Shown here piece after piece: positions 21,149 to 29,475 of a stretch of DNA of 64,000 bases. The stretch spans positions 64,001-128,000 of the forward strand of contig CAVWEH010000004.1 of assembly GCA_963753975.1 (NCBI GenBank), read 5' to 3'. Position numbers and translations under genes: made by a program. The notes below the pieces were generated by a model. That model was given only the letters and a program-made list of their open reading frames with translations, did not search any database and was not told the origin of the DNA. Within the stretch, counting starts at the first letter, position 1. Every line of letters begins with the position of its first letter. The DNA comes from an uncultured delta proteobacterium (GTDB lineage Bacteria > Desulfobacterota > Syntrophia > Syntrophales > Smithellaceae).

Positions 21149-21182
21149 TGTATAGTAGAGTAATGTTACAATTTGATGACAG
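21149..21182 (-). promoter_or_regulatory. Pho box and -10 element of the pstS promoter
   Basis: CTGTCAT-CAAA-TTGTAAC (21182-21165), 10-bp spacer, then TATACA; matches canonical PhoB promoter geometry. Confidence 0.8.
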
Positions 21183-21239
21183 GATAATAAAAATGTGAAA
21201 ACAGTGACGGTTCAACAGTGAATTTAGTGCATTACGAAG

Positions 21240-21938
21240 CTATTTTTTATCGGCGAATTTATAGCCGAATCCCCTTACAGTCAAAATATACTGCGGATTT
21301 TCAACATCTTTTTCAATCTGACTGCGTAAACGTCTGATATGCACATCAACGGCACGGTCGGTGATAAAAGTATCATCACCCCAGACGTGATCAAGAATCT
21401 GGCTTCTCGAATAGACCCTGCCCGGATTGCGCGAAAAAAAGAAAAGGAGTTTCAGTTCGGTCGGACTTAGGGTTACCGGCTTACCGCCGATCTGCACCAG
21501 GCAGGAAGCGTAATTTATTGCCAAGTCTTTATAATTAAATTCTTCTTTCTCATTTTTTCTCTCACTATCATGCAGGCGTCGCAAAATTGAACGCACCCGC
21601 GCAGTAAGCTCTTTGACACTGAACGGCTTGGTTATGTAGTCATCCGCACCGATTTCCAAGCCAATGATTTTGTCAACTTCATCACCTTTTGCCGTCAGCA
21701 TAATGATCGGTAAATTTGCCGTCTCCGGATTGCGGCGTATTGCCCTACAAACGTCCAATCCATTCGTTTTCGGCAGCATGAGATCGAGGATGACCAGGTC
21801 AGGTTTTGCTGAACTTACCAGTTTGAGGGCGACCTCACCGTCATAAGCCTTTACAGTAGAAAATCTGTCTTTTTCCAGATTGTAGGATAAAAGATCAACG
21901 ATATCTTTTTCATCATCAACAATAAGGATTTTAGCCAT
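21240..21938 (-). CDS. phoB: phosphate-regulon response regulator (OmpR family)
   Basis: REC domain (VDDE, LDLMLP, KPF) plus winged helix (RAVDVHIRRLR, TVRGFGY); adjacent to pstS. Confidence 0.92.
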   Translation of the reverse strand: MAKILIVDDEKDIVDLLSYNLEKDRFSTVKAYDGEVALKLVSSAKPDLVILDLMLPKTNGLDVCRAIRRNPETANLPIIMLTAKGDEVDKIIGLEIGADDYITKPFSVKELTARVRSILRRLHDSERKNEKEEFNYKDLAINYASCLVQIGGKPVTLSPTELKLLFFFSRNPGRVYSRSQILDHVWGDDTFITDRAVDVHIRRLRSQIEKDVENPQYILTVRGFGYKFADKK

Positions 21939-22041
21939 AAAATATTCTCAAAACGGATTTGGCTGACTTCGTGAGCACAGTCCGGACCTTGTGTGCAAAA
22001 ATACCTTGCCACACGCTCTCCCAATGAAGGAAATAATGTAA

Positions 22042-22302
22042 TTAATCCGGTATTATTTTAAATACTTCATCTCCAGGTCGCACGCGATCGGAAACTTTGA
22101 CACCTATGAAATCACCGGCTACAGCTTTTTGCACTGATTTATTATCCACCTCCATAGATTTGATAATATCCACAAAATCAGTAGTGTGGCCGGAAAATTT
22201 GATGCTATCGCCCACAACCAGTTCTCCTTCCACTACTTTTACTGCAGCTACGGAAGGTTTGGAGAAAAATTTTACTACTTCGCCAATCTTTTTTTCCGCC
22301 AT
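22042..22302 (-). CDS. small beta-barrel protein resembling EF-Tu domain II / U32 peptidase C-terminal domain
   Basis: IGEVVKFFSKPSVA, GHTTDF and VRPGDEVF; AGGAGG RBS before the ATG at 22302. Confidence 0.75.
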   Translation of the reverse strand: MAEKKIGEVVKFFSKPSVAAVKVVEGELVVGDSIKFSGHTTDFVDIIKSMEVDNKSVQKAVAGDFIGVKVSDRVRPGDEVFKIIPD

Positions 22303-22372
22303 AACGATACCTCCTTCTTTTAACATTTGAGCTTGGATCAATTGTTGACACGAATTCCCTTTTTCGTGGAGA

Positions 22373-22401
22373 AGTATAAGAAATTTGGTTTTGCATGTCA
22401 A
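22373..22401 (-). promoter_or_regulatory. sigma70 promoter for the 86-aa gene, possibly reading on into phoB
   Basis: TTGACA-17 bp-TATACT. Confidence 0.7.
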
Positions 22402-22469
22402 TTAAATTAGAATCAACACATGCGGAATTCTTTCTTGATCCTTTATATCTTAACCAAATCTTTCACTTA

Positions 22470-22503
22470 GTGTCATCAATTTGCAATATTGACTTGCTAT
22501 TTT
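22470..22503 (+). promoter_or_regulatory. Pho box and -10 element upstream of the four-gene operon
   Basis: GTGTCAT-CAAT-TTGCAAT (22470-22487), 10-bp spacer, TATTTT; 14/18 identical to the pstS box with the same spacing. Confidence 0.72.
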
Positions 22504-22547
22504 ACCGTCCGGATTAGGGAAAGAAGCATTAAAAGGAGATATGAATT

Positions 22548-25031
22548 TTGAGTAAAATAAATAGCAGTGTAGTTCAATATCCGGTCAAAACGGACGCTCC
22601 AATAACGAAGTCAACCAGGGAGCTGATGCATTTGATCGGTATTAAATATGACCGATTGGGCATAAACGTCGGCTCTCTCCCTTTTGCGCCTGAGGACGCG
22701 ACCGCTGGAAGCGAATCCGAAATGCAAACGGTCGTAAAAGGCAAAAAGACAGACGTCGATCTGCCGCTCGTTATAGAAGAATCCAATTATCTGGCCAATA
22801 TATGCAAACGGGCGAAATCCGGTGACGCATCGGCAAAAATAATGACCGATCTGGAAAGATATTTAAACGAAAACAACGAAGGCATCTGGGAGAACAGTTG
22901 GGTACGCTTCCCCATCAAAAAGTTGTGCAAATATGCACGGGAAGTTTTACAGCACGATCTTTCCGCGGATAAAGATAACCCGGCGAAAGGAAAACGCTCG
23001 GATATAGACGGTTTTCTATACCGGCAAAACTCCGAAGAGTTTATCCGTATGCCTGTCAGTTATCTTTTAAAACTATCACTTGCCGAGATAGTGGGCTCAT
23101 CAGGTCTGACCGATCCATTGATTGGTAAAACCGCTCTTAAGGTCATGGACAATTTCCTCAATGATAATACATCGCCGGAAACATCATCTTTTTATATCAC
23201 AGCGATGCCGTCCGCTGGCGGTATAGGCAGCAATGTCGCCGAAGAAATGGCGGTTCGCTATCTTTTGGGACAGATTTTGATCATGTATGCCAACAAAAAA
23301 TTTTCTCTCCAGGAAAACGGTCAGGAGGCATTGATGTTTTTCTCGCCCCACCCGCCCGTCAGGCAGAAAGTTTTAAATAATAGCATTTCCGATTCATTTT
23401 ATCGCGAACTTTTTATGAATCCCTGCCTTTCCGGTTGGAAAAACGGAGAAGAAAAACATGAATACATGCACTTGTGCCATCGAGTGTTGAGCCGCAGCCA
23501 GTTTAATGCCGTGTTAAAACTACGGGAAGCGGGAATCATCACCAATGATCTCGTTTCACTGCCTAATCTTTCCAATATCAGTCTCGCCAACAATGGCACT
23601 CATATCAGCATGGGCAGTCTGAAACTGAGTGCTCTGCTTAGCGATTCATCCTCCGGCTACACCCGACATCATGAGAAATATTTAGGCGATCTGGTTGTCA
23701 AAGTTGTGGAACATTTCCTACCGCTTTTTGTTGGCACCTATACCGGAGCACCCTACCGACTCGACTTTACGGATTTTCATCCCGAAAAAGCGCTTGGTTT
23801 TCTGCCGCACGAGTTGGACTATACTCATTTACGTATGCTCTGGAGACGCTGGCAAAAAAAAGCCGATCTCAACGTATTCGGATACCCCCTGACGCCTTTT
23901 GGACCCCGCAGGCTTGACCGACTGGTCAGCTCCGTTTTGGGGTTAAAAGGGGATTTCGTACCGGATTTTCGTTTGATCGATTACCTTGTCGCCATCCTGA
24001 GTACGGAAAAAAGCCCGGCACTTAACGGCAAGCTTCACAACGGCCAGCAGCTAAAACATGATCTTGCCGATCTCGGCGTCTTTGATACAAAAATGTCGCT
24101 CTACCTTTTCGACAAGCCGCGCGAATACGACCAAATGGGCTTTTCCGGTTTTGAGGGACGACATTACAGTTTATTTGACAGCTTTATGCCGGATATGGCC
24201 CAGGCAGTCAGCCTGCAAAATCTTATCTACCTTCTGGCATTTAAATATATTGCCACAGGCCGGATCAGTCATGAAAACATACCGGACGATCCGTTTATCG
24301 AGAGTGAAAGAAGACAGATTATTTTTGGCAGTGCGATTGGCATTCCCACTTTCTTCGTGCACCGACATACCGGCAACGGCTTTCTGAAGAGCATTATAGA
24401 AAAAACACAAAGGGTCCGTTCCAGCCGCCGTTATACCGGATATACCAGAATTTACAATATCGAATATCGACGCGCCCTGCTGGAACTCATTCGCAATGAT
24501 GCAGCCGATTTAATCGAAATGCTCGGTATGAGAGAGACCATCCGGGATCTGGAATGCCGAATCAATGAGCCGGATCATTTTGCCGCTACAGGCAAATTGA
24601 TCCGCGGGATCATAAACCAGGCGAATGCAAAATCACCAATGACTGTTCCCGCCGACAGATTTAACCAGGGAGCAGAAAAATACTATCGCACGGAATTACG
24701 CAATCGGCACATAAGGGAATCATTTTCTTTCCTGAGCAAAGATATCGTCAAGCTGGATCAAGCTGTGAGCGATACCAACCATGAAATAAGAAGTTTACTG
24801 CACAGTATCCTGCAGGAAAAAAATCTGCCTTCATTTCTTACGAGAGTTCAAGGTGAAGTAATTCAAGAAAGAGCAACATCCGAAACTCTGGAAACACTTG
24901 TCTATATTATTCTGGCATATATTCATTATAAAGATAATTTACATTCTAAATTTCGGGAATCGCATCGTTGGCGAATAAACGATCGAGAACCAAAAAATAA
25001 AGCTGCCGCATTACCGGCAAATGCCAGATAA
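22548..25031 (+). CDS. 827-aa uncharacterised protein, putative glutamine synthetase/GCS2-superfamily carboxylate-amine ligase
   Basis: Long intact ORF with AGGAG RBS; TAGSESE (ExE), NNGTHISMG and GFEGRH (ExR) in the order typical of that fold; function is inferred. Confidence 0.8.
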   Translation: MSKINSSVVQYPVKTDAPITKSTRELMHLIGIKYDRLGINVGSLPFAPEDATAGSESEMQTVVKGKKTDVDLPLVIEESNYLANICKRAKSGDASAKIMTDLERYLNENNEGIWENSWVRFPIKKLCKYAREVLQHDLSADKDNPAKGKRSDIDGFLYRQNSEEFIRMPVSYLLKLSLAEIVGSSGLTDPLIGKTALKVMDNFLNDNTSPETSSFYITAMPSAGGIGSNVAEEMAVRYLLGQILIMYANKKFSLQENGQEALMFFSPHPPVRQKVLNNSISDSFYRELFMNPCLSGWKNGEEKHEYMHLCHRVLSRSQFNAVLKLREAGIITNDLVSLPNLSNISLANNGTHISMGSLKLSALLSDSSSGYTRHHEKYLGDLVVKVVEHFLPLFVGTYTGAPYRLDFTDFHPEKALGFLPHELDYTHLRMLWRRWQKKADLNVFGYPLTPFGPRRLDRLVSSVLGLKGDFVPDFRLIDYLVAILSTEKSPALNGKLHNGQQLKHDLADLGVFDTKMSLYLFDKPREYDQMGFSGFEGRHYSLFDSFMPDMAQAVSLQNLIYLLAFKYIATGRISHENIPDDPFIESERRQIIFGSAIGIPTFFVHRHTGNGFLKSIIEKTQRVRSSRRYTGYTRIYNIEYRRALLELIRNDAADLIEMLGMRETIRDLECRINEPDHFAATGKLIRGIINQANAKSPMTVPADRFNQGAEKYYRTELRNRHIRESFSFLSKDIVKLDQAVSDTNHEIRSLLHSILQEKNLPSFLTRVQGEVIQERATSETLETLVYIILAYIHYKDNLHSKFRESHRWRINDREPKNKAAALPANAR

Positions 25032-25063
25032 TCAGGATCAATGAGGTACTCTCTTACCTAACC

Positions 25064-26068
25064 ATGCAACATCAATATATTGAACGCAATACAAGGCAAG
25101 TTAATACGGAAATATTATACGGAAATCAGGCTATTCAGTTTCTGTATTCCAATATCCGTGAGCAATCTCCCTGGCTTTTCCGCAAACTCACCAGTGCGCG
25201 AGTATCGCGCTTTTTGAGTTACATAAACTACTACGGCATCCTGGCTGGCAAGATGAAAGATCATTTGAATCTGCAAGCGTTACTGAATATCAATGCCGAA
25301 GAGTGTATCGATCCACCCGAAAAAATGAATTCATTAAGAAAAATATTTGAGAGGAAAATTCGTTACTGGCAATGCCGTCCGATGCCTAATGATCCACACA
25401 CAATTGTTTCTCCCGCCGATTCCCGGGTGCTCTTCGGATCTTTTGCCGAGACATCAAATATATTTATTAAGGGAAAATTTTTCGATTACGAGGAAATGTT
25501 TGGATTCAACAAGAAAACATGGCTTGCCAGTTTCAAAGACGGCAATTTCGCCATCTTTCGCTTGACGCCGGAAAAATATCATTACAATCACACGCCGGTT
25601 GCGGGCAAGATTATAGACTTCTACCCGATATCCGGCTCTTACCATGCTTGCAACCCCAACGCTGTAATATCCGTAGTGACCCCTTATTCCAAAAACAAGC
25701 GGGTCGTGACTATCATTGATACTGATGTCGAGGGAGGATCTCGTGCGGGCATTGTGGCCATGATCGAGGTCGTGGCCTTAATGATCGGCGACATTGTCCA
25801 GTGCTACAGCAAAGAAGAATATGACAATCCGCTGTCTGTGGGAACAGGAATGTTTATCAAAAGAGGCATGCCCAAGAGTCTGTTCCGCCCGGGAAGCTCC
25901 ACGGTAGTTCTTATATTTCAAAAAGACAGGGTAAGATTTGCCGATGACATTACCGCCAACATGTTCTGTCAGGACGCTCAAAGCATCTTCTCGCTGGGTT
26001 TCGATAAATCGCTGGTGGAAACCGACGTCAGGGTCAGATCGTATATTGGCAGCGCGATACGCATATAA
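25064..26068 (+). CDS. phosphatidylserine decarboxylase-family pyruvoyl enzyme
   Basis: SPADSR, FRLTPEKYHYNHTPV, KNKR and self-cleavage-type motif FRPGSSTVVL. Confidence 0.88.
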   Translation: MQHQYIERNTRQVNTEILYGNQAIQFLYSNIREQSPWLFRKLTSARVSRFLSYINYYGILAGKMKDHLNLQALLNINAEECIDPPEKMNSLRKIFERKIRYWQCRPMPNDPHTIVSPADSRVLFGSFAETSNIFIKGKFFDYEEMFGFNKKTWLASFKDGNFAIFRLTPEKYHYNHTPVAGKIIDFYPISGSYHACNPNAVISVVTPYSKNKRVVTIIDTDVEGGSRAGIVAMIEVVALMIGDIVQCYSKEEYDNPLSVGTGMFIKRGMPKSLFRPGSSTVVLIFQKDRVRFADDITANMFCQDAQSIFSLGFDKSLVETDVRVRSYIGSAIRI

Positions 26069-26113
26069 AGGATCGATCTGATAAGTCTTCAACATTAGGG
26101 AAAGGAACACATT

Positions 26114-26515
26114 ATGAACAAAGATAAAACAGCTTATATTCGTAATTTTCTTGTTCAGAAAATGGAAGATTTACGGGCGTCAGCCGATCATGCCATACTC
26201 AAACTAAAAAAAAGCGATGATAAATTTGCTGATCCCTTTGATCAGGCAGCGGTTGAGACAAGTAAGGCCGTTGAGCTTAACTGCCTAGATAAAGAGTGGA
26301 ATTTACTCCTCGATATCAAGGAAACTATTCTGCGCATTGATCGTGGGCTCTTTGGTATTTGCGATCATTGCGGCAGTCCAATATCGCAAAAAAGACTAAT
26401 GGCGGCACCGATGAGCAAGCTTTGCGTAATATGTCAGGAGAAAATTGAATCCCAACATATAAAATCGAAACGCAGACGTCAATATGCAGATAGAATCTCA
26501 TATAATCATGCTTGA
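26114..26515 (+). CDS. DksA/TraR C4 zinc-finger protein
   Basis: DPFDQA (DxxDxA coiled-coil tip) and GICDHCG...RL...LCVICQ. Confidence 0.9.
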   Translation: MNKDKTAYIRNFLVQKMEDLRASADHAILKLKKSDDKFADPFDQAAVETSKAVELNCLDKEWNLLLDIKETILRIDRGLFGICDHCGSPISQKRLMAAPMSKLCVICQEKIESQHIKSKRRRQYADRISYNHA

Positions 26516-27560
26516 TGAAATTTTTATATTAATCGTATGTCTTGTGTTGGTATTTATTTTCCGGTGGGCATTTCGGAGATTGCCTGATGAACAATGGCAA
26601 ATCATCGGTTGCCTTCCGTATCGGCGGCTATTAGATGACCGCTGGCAAGGATGGAATCTGACCTGGTATGGTTTTTTTATCGCCGTAGCTGTAGTATTTG
26701 CCGTTGGCATGTTTCTAATTCTGGCCGGATCATTATCCATACCGCTTACTGCCAGCTTATTTTTATTTATCCTGCTTTTCGCAATCTGCGTGCCTGCGGC
26801 AAAAATAATGGCTTTTTTGATCGAAAGAAGGCAGAACACTTTTACTATCGGCGGCGCATCATTTATAGGAATCCTTGCCGCTCCATGGATCATTGCCCTG
26901 ACCAACGTAACTGCAGGCAAATGGCTGGGCTTTAATATTACCCCAATAAATGCTCTGACCGCCATGTCGATTGCATATACTCTGGGTGAGGGAATCGGCA
27001 GGCTTGCTTGTATCAGTTTCGGTTGCTGCTACGGAAAACCTCTGGCAGACTGTTCCCCTTTGATCAATAAAATATTCCAAAGACAAAATTTTATTTTCAG
27101 CGGCAAGACAAAGAAAATCGCTTATGCTCATGGGCTCGATGGCCATGAAGTTATTCCGATTCAGGCGCTGACAGCCGTAATTTACAGTTTAGCGGGTCTC
27201 GTCGGCTGCTATCTTTTTCTAAAAGGTTATGCGGCGGTTGCGTTTGTCTTGACATTGACTGTAACACAACTCTGGCGGGCACTCTCCGAATTTCTACGCG
27301 CTGACTACCGTGGAGAAGGGAAAATATCCGGCTACCAAATCATGGCTTTGATTGCCTGTTTATATGGCTTATTTATGGCGTATATATTTCGCGAGACGCC
27401 CATCGGCACACCGGATTTAGCGCTAGGATTTGCAATCACATGGAATCCTGCTATATTGATTTTCCTGCTGGTTTTGTGGATAGCTACCTTTTTTTATCTG
27501 GGGAAAAGCAGAGTTACTGCCTCCTTAATAGAAATTAATGTGCTTAAGGAAAAAATATAG
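26508..27560 (+). CDS. divergent prolipoprotein diacylglyceryl transferase (Lgt)-family membrane protein
   Basis: Multiple TM segments; TWYG, GRLACISFGCCYG and RALSEFLRAD; start overlaps the end of the dksA-like gene. Confidence 0.8.
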   Translation: MLDEIFILIVCLVLVFIFRWAFRRLPDEQWQIIGCLPYRRLLDDRWQGWNLTWYGFFIAVAVVFAVGMFLILAGSLSIPLTASLFLFILLFAICVPAAKIMAFLIERRQNTFTIGGASFIGILAAPWIIALTNVTAGKWLGFNITPINALTAMSIAYTLGEGIGRLACISFGCCYGKPLADCSPLINKIFQRQNFIFSGKTKKIAYAHGLDGHEVIPIQALTAVIYSLAGLVGCYLFLKGYAAVAFVLTLTVTQLWRALSEFLRADYRGEGKISGYQIMALIACLYGLFMAYIFRETPIGTPDLALGFAITWNPAILIFLLVLWIATFFYLGKSRVTASLIEINVLKEKI

Positions 27561-27641
27561 CCTTATCTTAACCCAGCTTGTGAAAGGCGGACTTCAGATA
27601 AATCGAAATTCTTTATCGATCTGACGATATATCGACTATCG

Positions 27642-27767
27642 CGGGTATTCTACCCTCCGCTTTGCGGGATATTTATATTGTCCCGCTAAGCTTCGCAACG
27701 CTCTGCTTCTGAAACTTGGGTCTCATTAATTCAACTTGCCAATTCCGACGTGTGACTTATAGGTTAT
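27642..27767 (+). repeat. dispersed intergenic repeat, copy 1
   Basis: Shares CGGGTATnnTACCCTnCGCTTnGCGGGAT, TTCTGAAACTTGGGTCTCATTA and GTGACnTnTAGGTTAT with 63170-63360. Confidence 0.7.
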
Positions 27768-27797
27768 ATATTTTACTTCCGACTTGGAATTTCACAA

Positions 27798-27837
27798 ATA
27801 ACAAAAAGGCAGGGTTAAAACCCCGCCCTTTTGTTAT
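27798..27837. terminator. bidirectional terminator between the convergent lgt-like gene and rplQ
   Basis: ATAACAAAAAGGCAGGG...CCCCGCCCTTTTGTTAT inverted repeat with T tracts on both strands. Confidence 0.65.
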
Positions 27838-27855
27838 TCTTCAATATATGATTAG

Positions 27856-28392
27856 CTATTCAGCTAATTTTTCGTTCTCTTCTTTTTTCGCTTTGCTTTT
27901 GATCTTAGGTTTTGCTTTTTCTTTCTTTTTCTCCTCAGGAGGAGTAGCTTTCAGAACTGATTCCTCTTCCTCTTTTTCCTGCAGCTTAGCTTTTGATTTA
28001 CCTTTGGCTTTAGGTTTTGCTTTTTCTTTCTTTTTCTCTTCAGGAATAAATTCCAGAATGGAAACGGGCGCATTATCACCAAACCGGTATCCCACCTTGA
28101 TTATCCGCGTATATCCGCCTGCACGCTGGCGGTAACGTTCCGTAAGCTCGCCAAAAAGTTTGCTCATCGAAGCTTTATCCCTAATAAAAGCGAGAGCCTG
28201 ACGACGCGCATGTAAATTACCCCTTTTGCCCAAGGTAATCATTTTTTCCGCCAGTTTCCTCACCTCTTTCGCCTTGGAATCCGTTGTGCGAATACGTTCA
28301 TGTTTAATTATGGAAGTTACCATATTACGAAACATGGCTTCCTTATGGCTGGAAGTTCTTCCCAGCTTCCTGCCCGCTTTACCATGATACAT
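27856..28392 (-). CDS. rplQ: 50S ribosomal protein L17 with Lys/Glu-rich repeated C-terminal tail
   Basis: [10 protein letters not shown] and GGYTRIIK. Confidence 0.97.
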   Translation of the reverse strand: MYHGKAGRKLGRTSSHKEAMFRNMVTSIIKHERIRTTDSKAKEVRKLAEKMITLGKRGNLHARRQALAFIRDKASMSKLFGELTERYRQRAGGYTRIIKVGYRFGDNAPVSILEFIPEEKKKEKAKPKAKGKSKAKLQEKEEEESVLKATPPEEKKKEKAKPKIKSKAKKEENEKLAE

Positions 28393-28447
28393 TGCCGATA
28401 TTTTCCTTTCCTAACAATCAAATCGCGAGATATAATTATATTTTCTG

Positions 28448-29449
28448 CTACTGGTCGTTTTCTTCACTCTGATTGAGGTCAAGATTCATACCAAAAGTTA
28501 AATTATATTCACCAAGAATATCTTTAATTTCACTCAACGATTTACGGCCAAAATTCTTTGTTTTAAGCATCTCCGCTTCCGTTTTTTGCACTAACTCTCC
28601 AATTGTGTTTATTCCGGCGTTTTTCAAACAATTGGCCGAGCGGACGGAAAGCTCCAAATCCTCTACCGACCGTAACAAGACTTTGTTTACATCCCCTTTT
28701 TCATCTTCGGCTATCGGTTGAACTTCTTCTTCAACTTCTTCAAAATTTATAAATACGTCTAATTGCTGTTTCAATATTTTTGCGGAATAGGCAATCGCAT
28801 CTTCAGGATTTACACTGCCGTCAGTCCATACTTCCAGCACAAGTTTGTCATAATCAGTTATTTGACCGACACGCGCATGCGAAACGACATAATTTACTTT
28901 TCTAACCGGTGAAAAAATGGCATCAATATTGATAGTTCCTTCAGGTTGATCAGGATCAAGTTCTTTTTTCGCCGGAAGGTATCCTTTCCCCATTTTAACT
29001 ACAAGTTCGGCCTTAAAATTTCCTTTAGCGGATACAGAAGCAATATAGTGTTCCGGATTCAAAACTTCAATTGTACCATCAGTGATTATGTCGGCTGCTG
29101 TAATGGGCCCGGCATGATCTATATTGATGCGTACTTCTTTTGTGTCCGCCTGTCCCAATTTAAATCGAACGCCTTTTAAGTTCAGAATAATATCGGTTAT
29201 GTCTTCTTTAACTCCGGGAAGAGTTGAAAATTCATGCAGTATGCCGTCAATCTTCACGGAAACAATTGCAGCGCCCTGAATTGAAGAAAGCAACACCCTC
29301 CTCAATGCATTGCCTAAGGTTATGCCAAAGCCTCTTTCCAAAGGCTGAATGGTAAATTCTCCATAGTACCGCGTATGCGTAGCATTATCAACATCAATGC
29401 GCTTGGGACGAATTAAACTCGACCAGTTCCTCTGCATAATCAAACCCAC
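28448..29449 (-). CDS. rpoA: RNA polymerase subunit alpha
   Basis: [32 protein letters not shown] and KNFGRKSL; start may be 29437. Confidence 0.98.
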   Translation of the reverse strand: MGLIMQRNWSSLIRPKRIDVDNATHTRYYGEFTIQPLERGFGITLGNALRRVLLSSIQGAAIVSVKIDGILHEFSTLPGVKEDITDIILNLKGVRFKLGQADTKEVRINIDHAGPITAADIITDGTIEVLNPEHYIASVSAKGNFKAELVVKMGKGYLPAKKELDPDQPEGTINIDAIFSPVRKVNYVVSHARVGQITDYDKLVLEVWTDGSVNPEDAIAYSAKILKQQLDVFINFEEVEEEVQPIAEDEKGDVNKVLLRSVEDLELSVRSANCLKNAGINTIGELVQKTEAEMLKTKNFGRKSLSEIKDILGEYNLTFGMNLDLNQSEENDQ

Positions 29450-29475
29450 CCTTTAGCTGGTTTATAAAAATTATT

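Noticed and set aside
21994..22011. sigma54-like TGGCA...TTGCA upstream of phoB
   Set aside because: GG-to-GC spacing is 12 bp rather than the required 10
22541..22555. ATG at 22541 as start of the 827-aa gene
   Set aside because: Out of frame (MNFE-stop) and only 2 nt from AGGAG; TTG at 22548 has proper spacing
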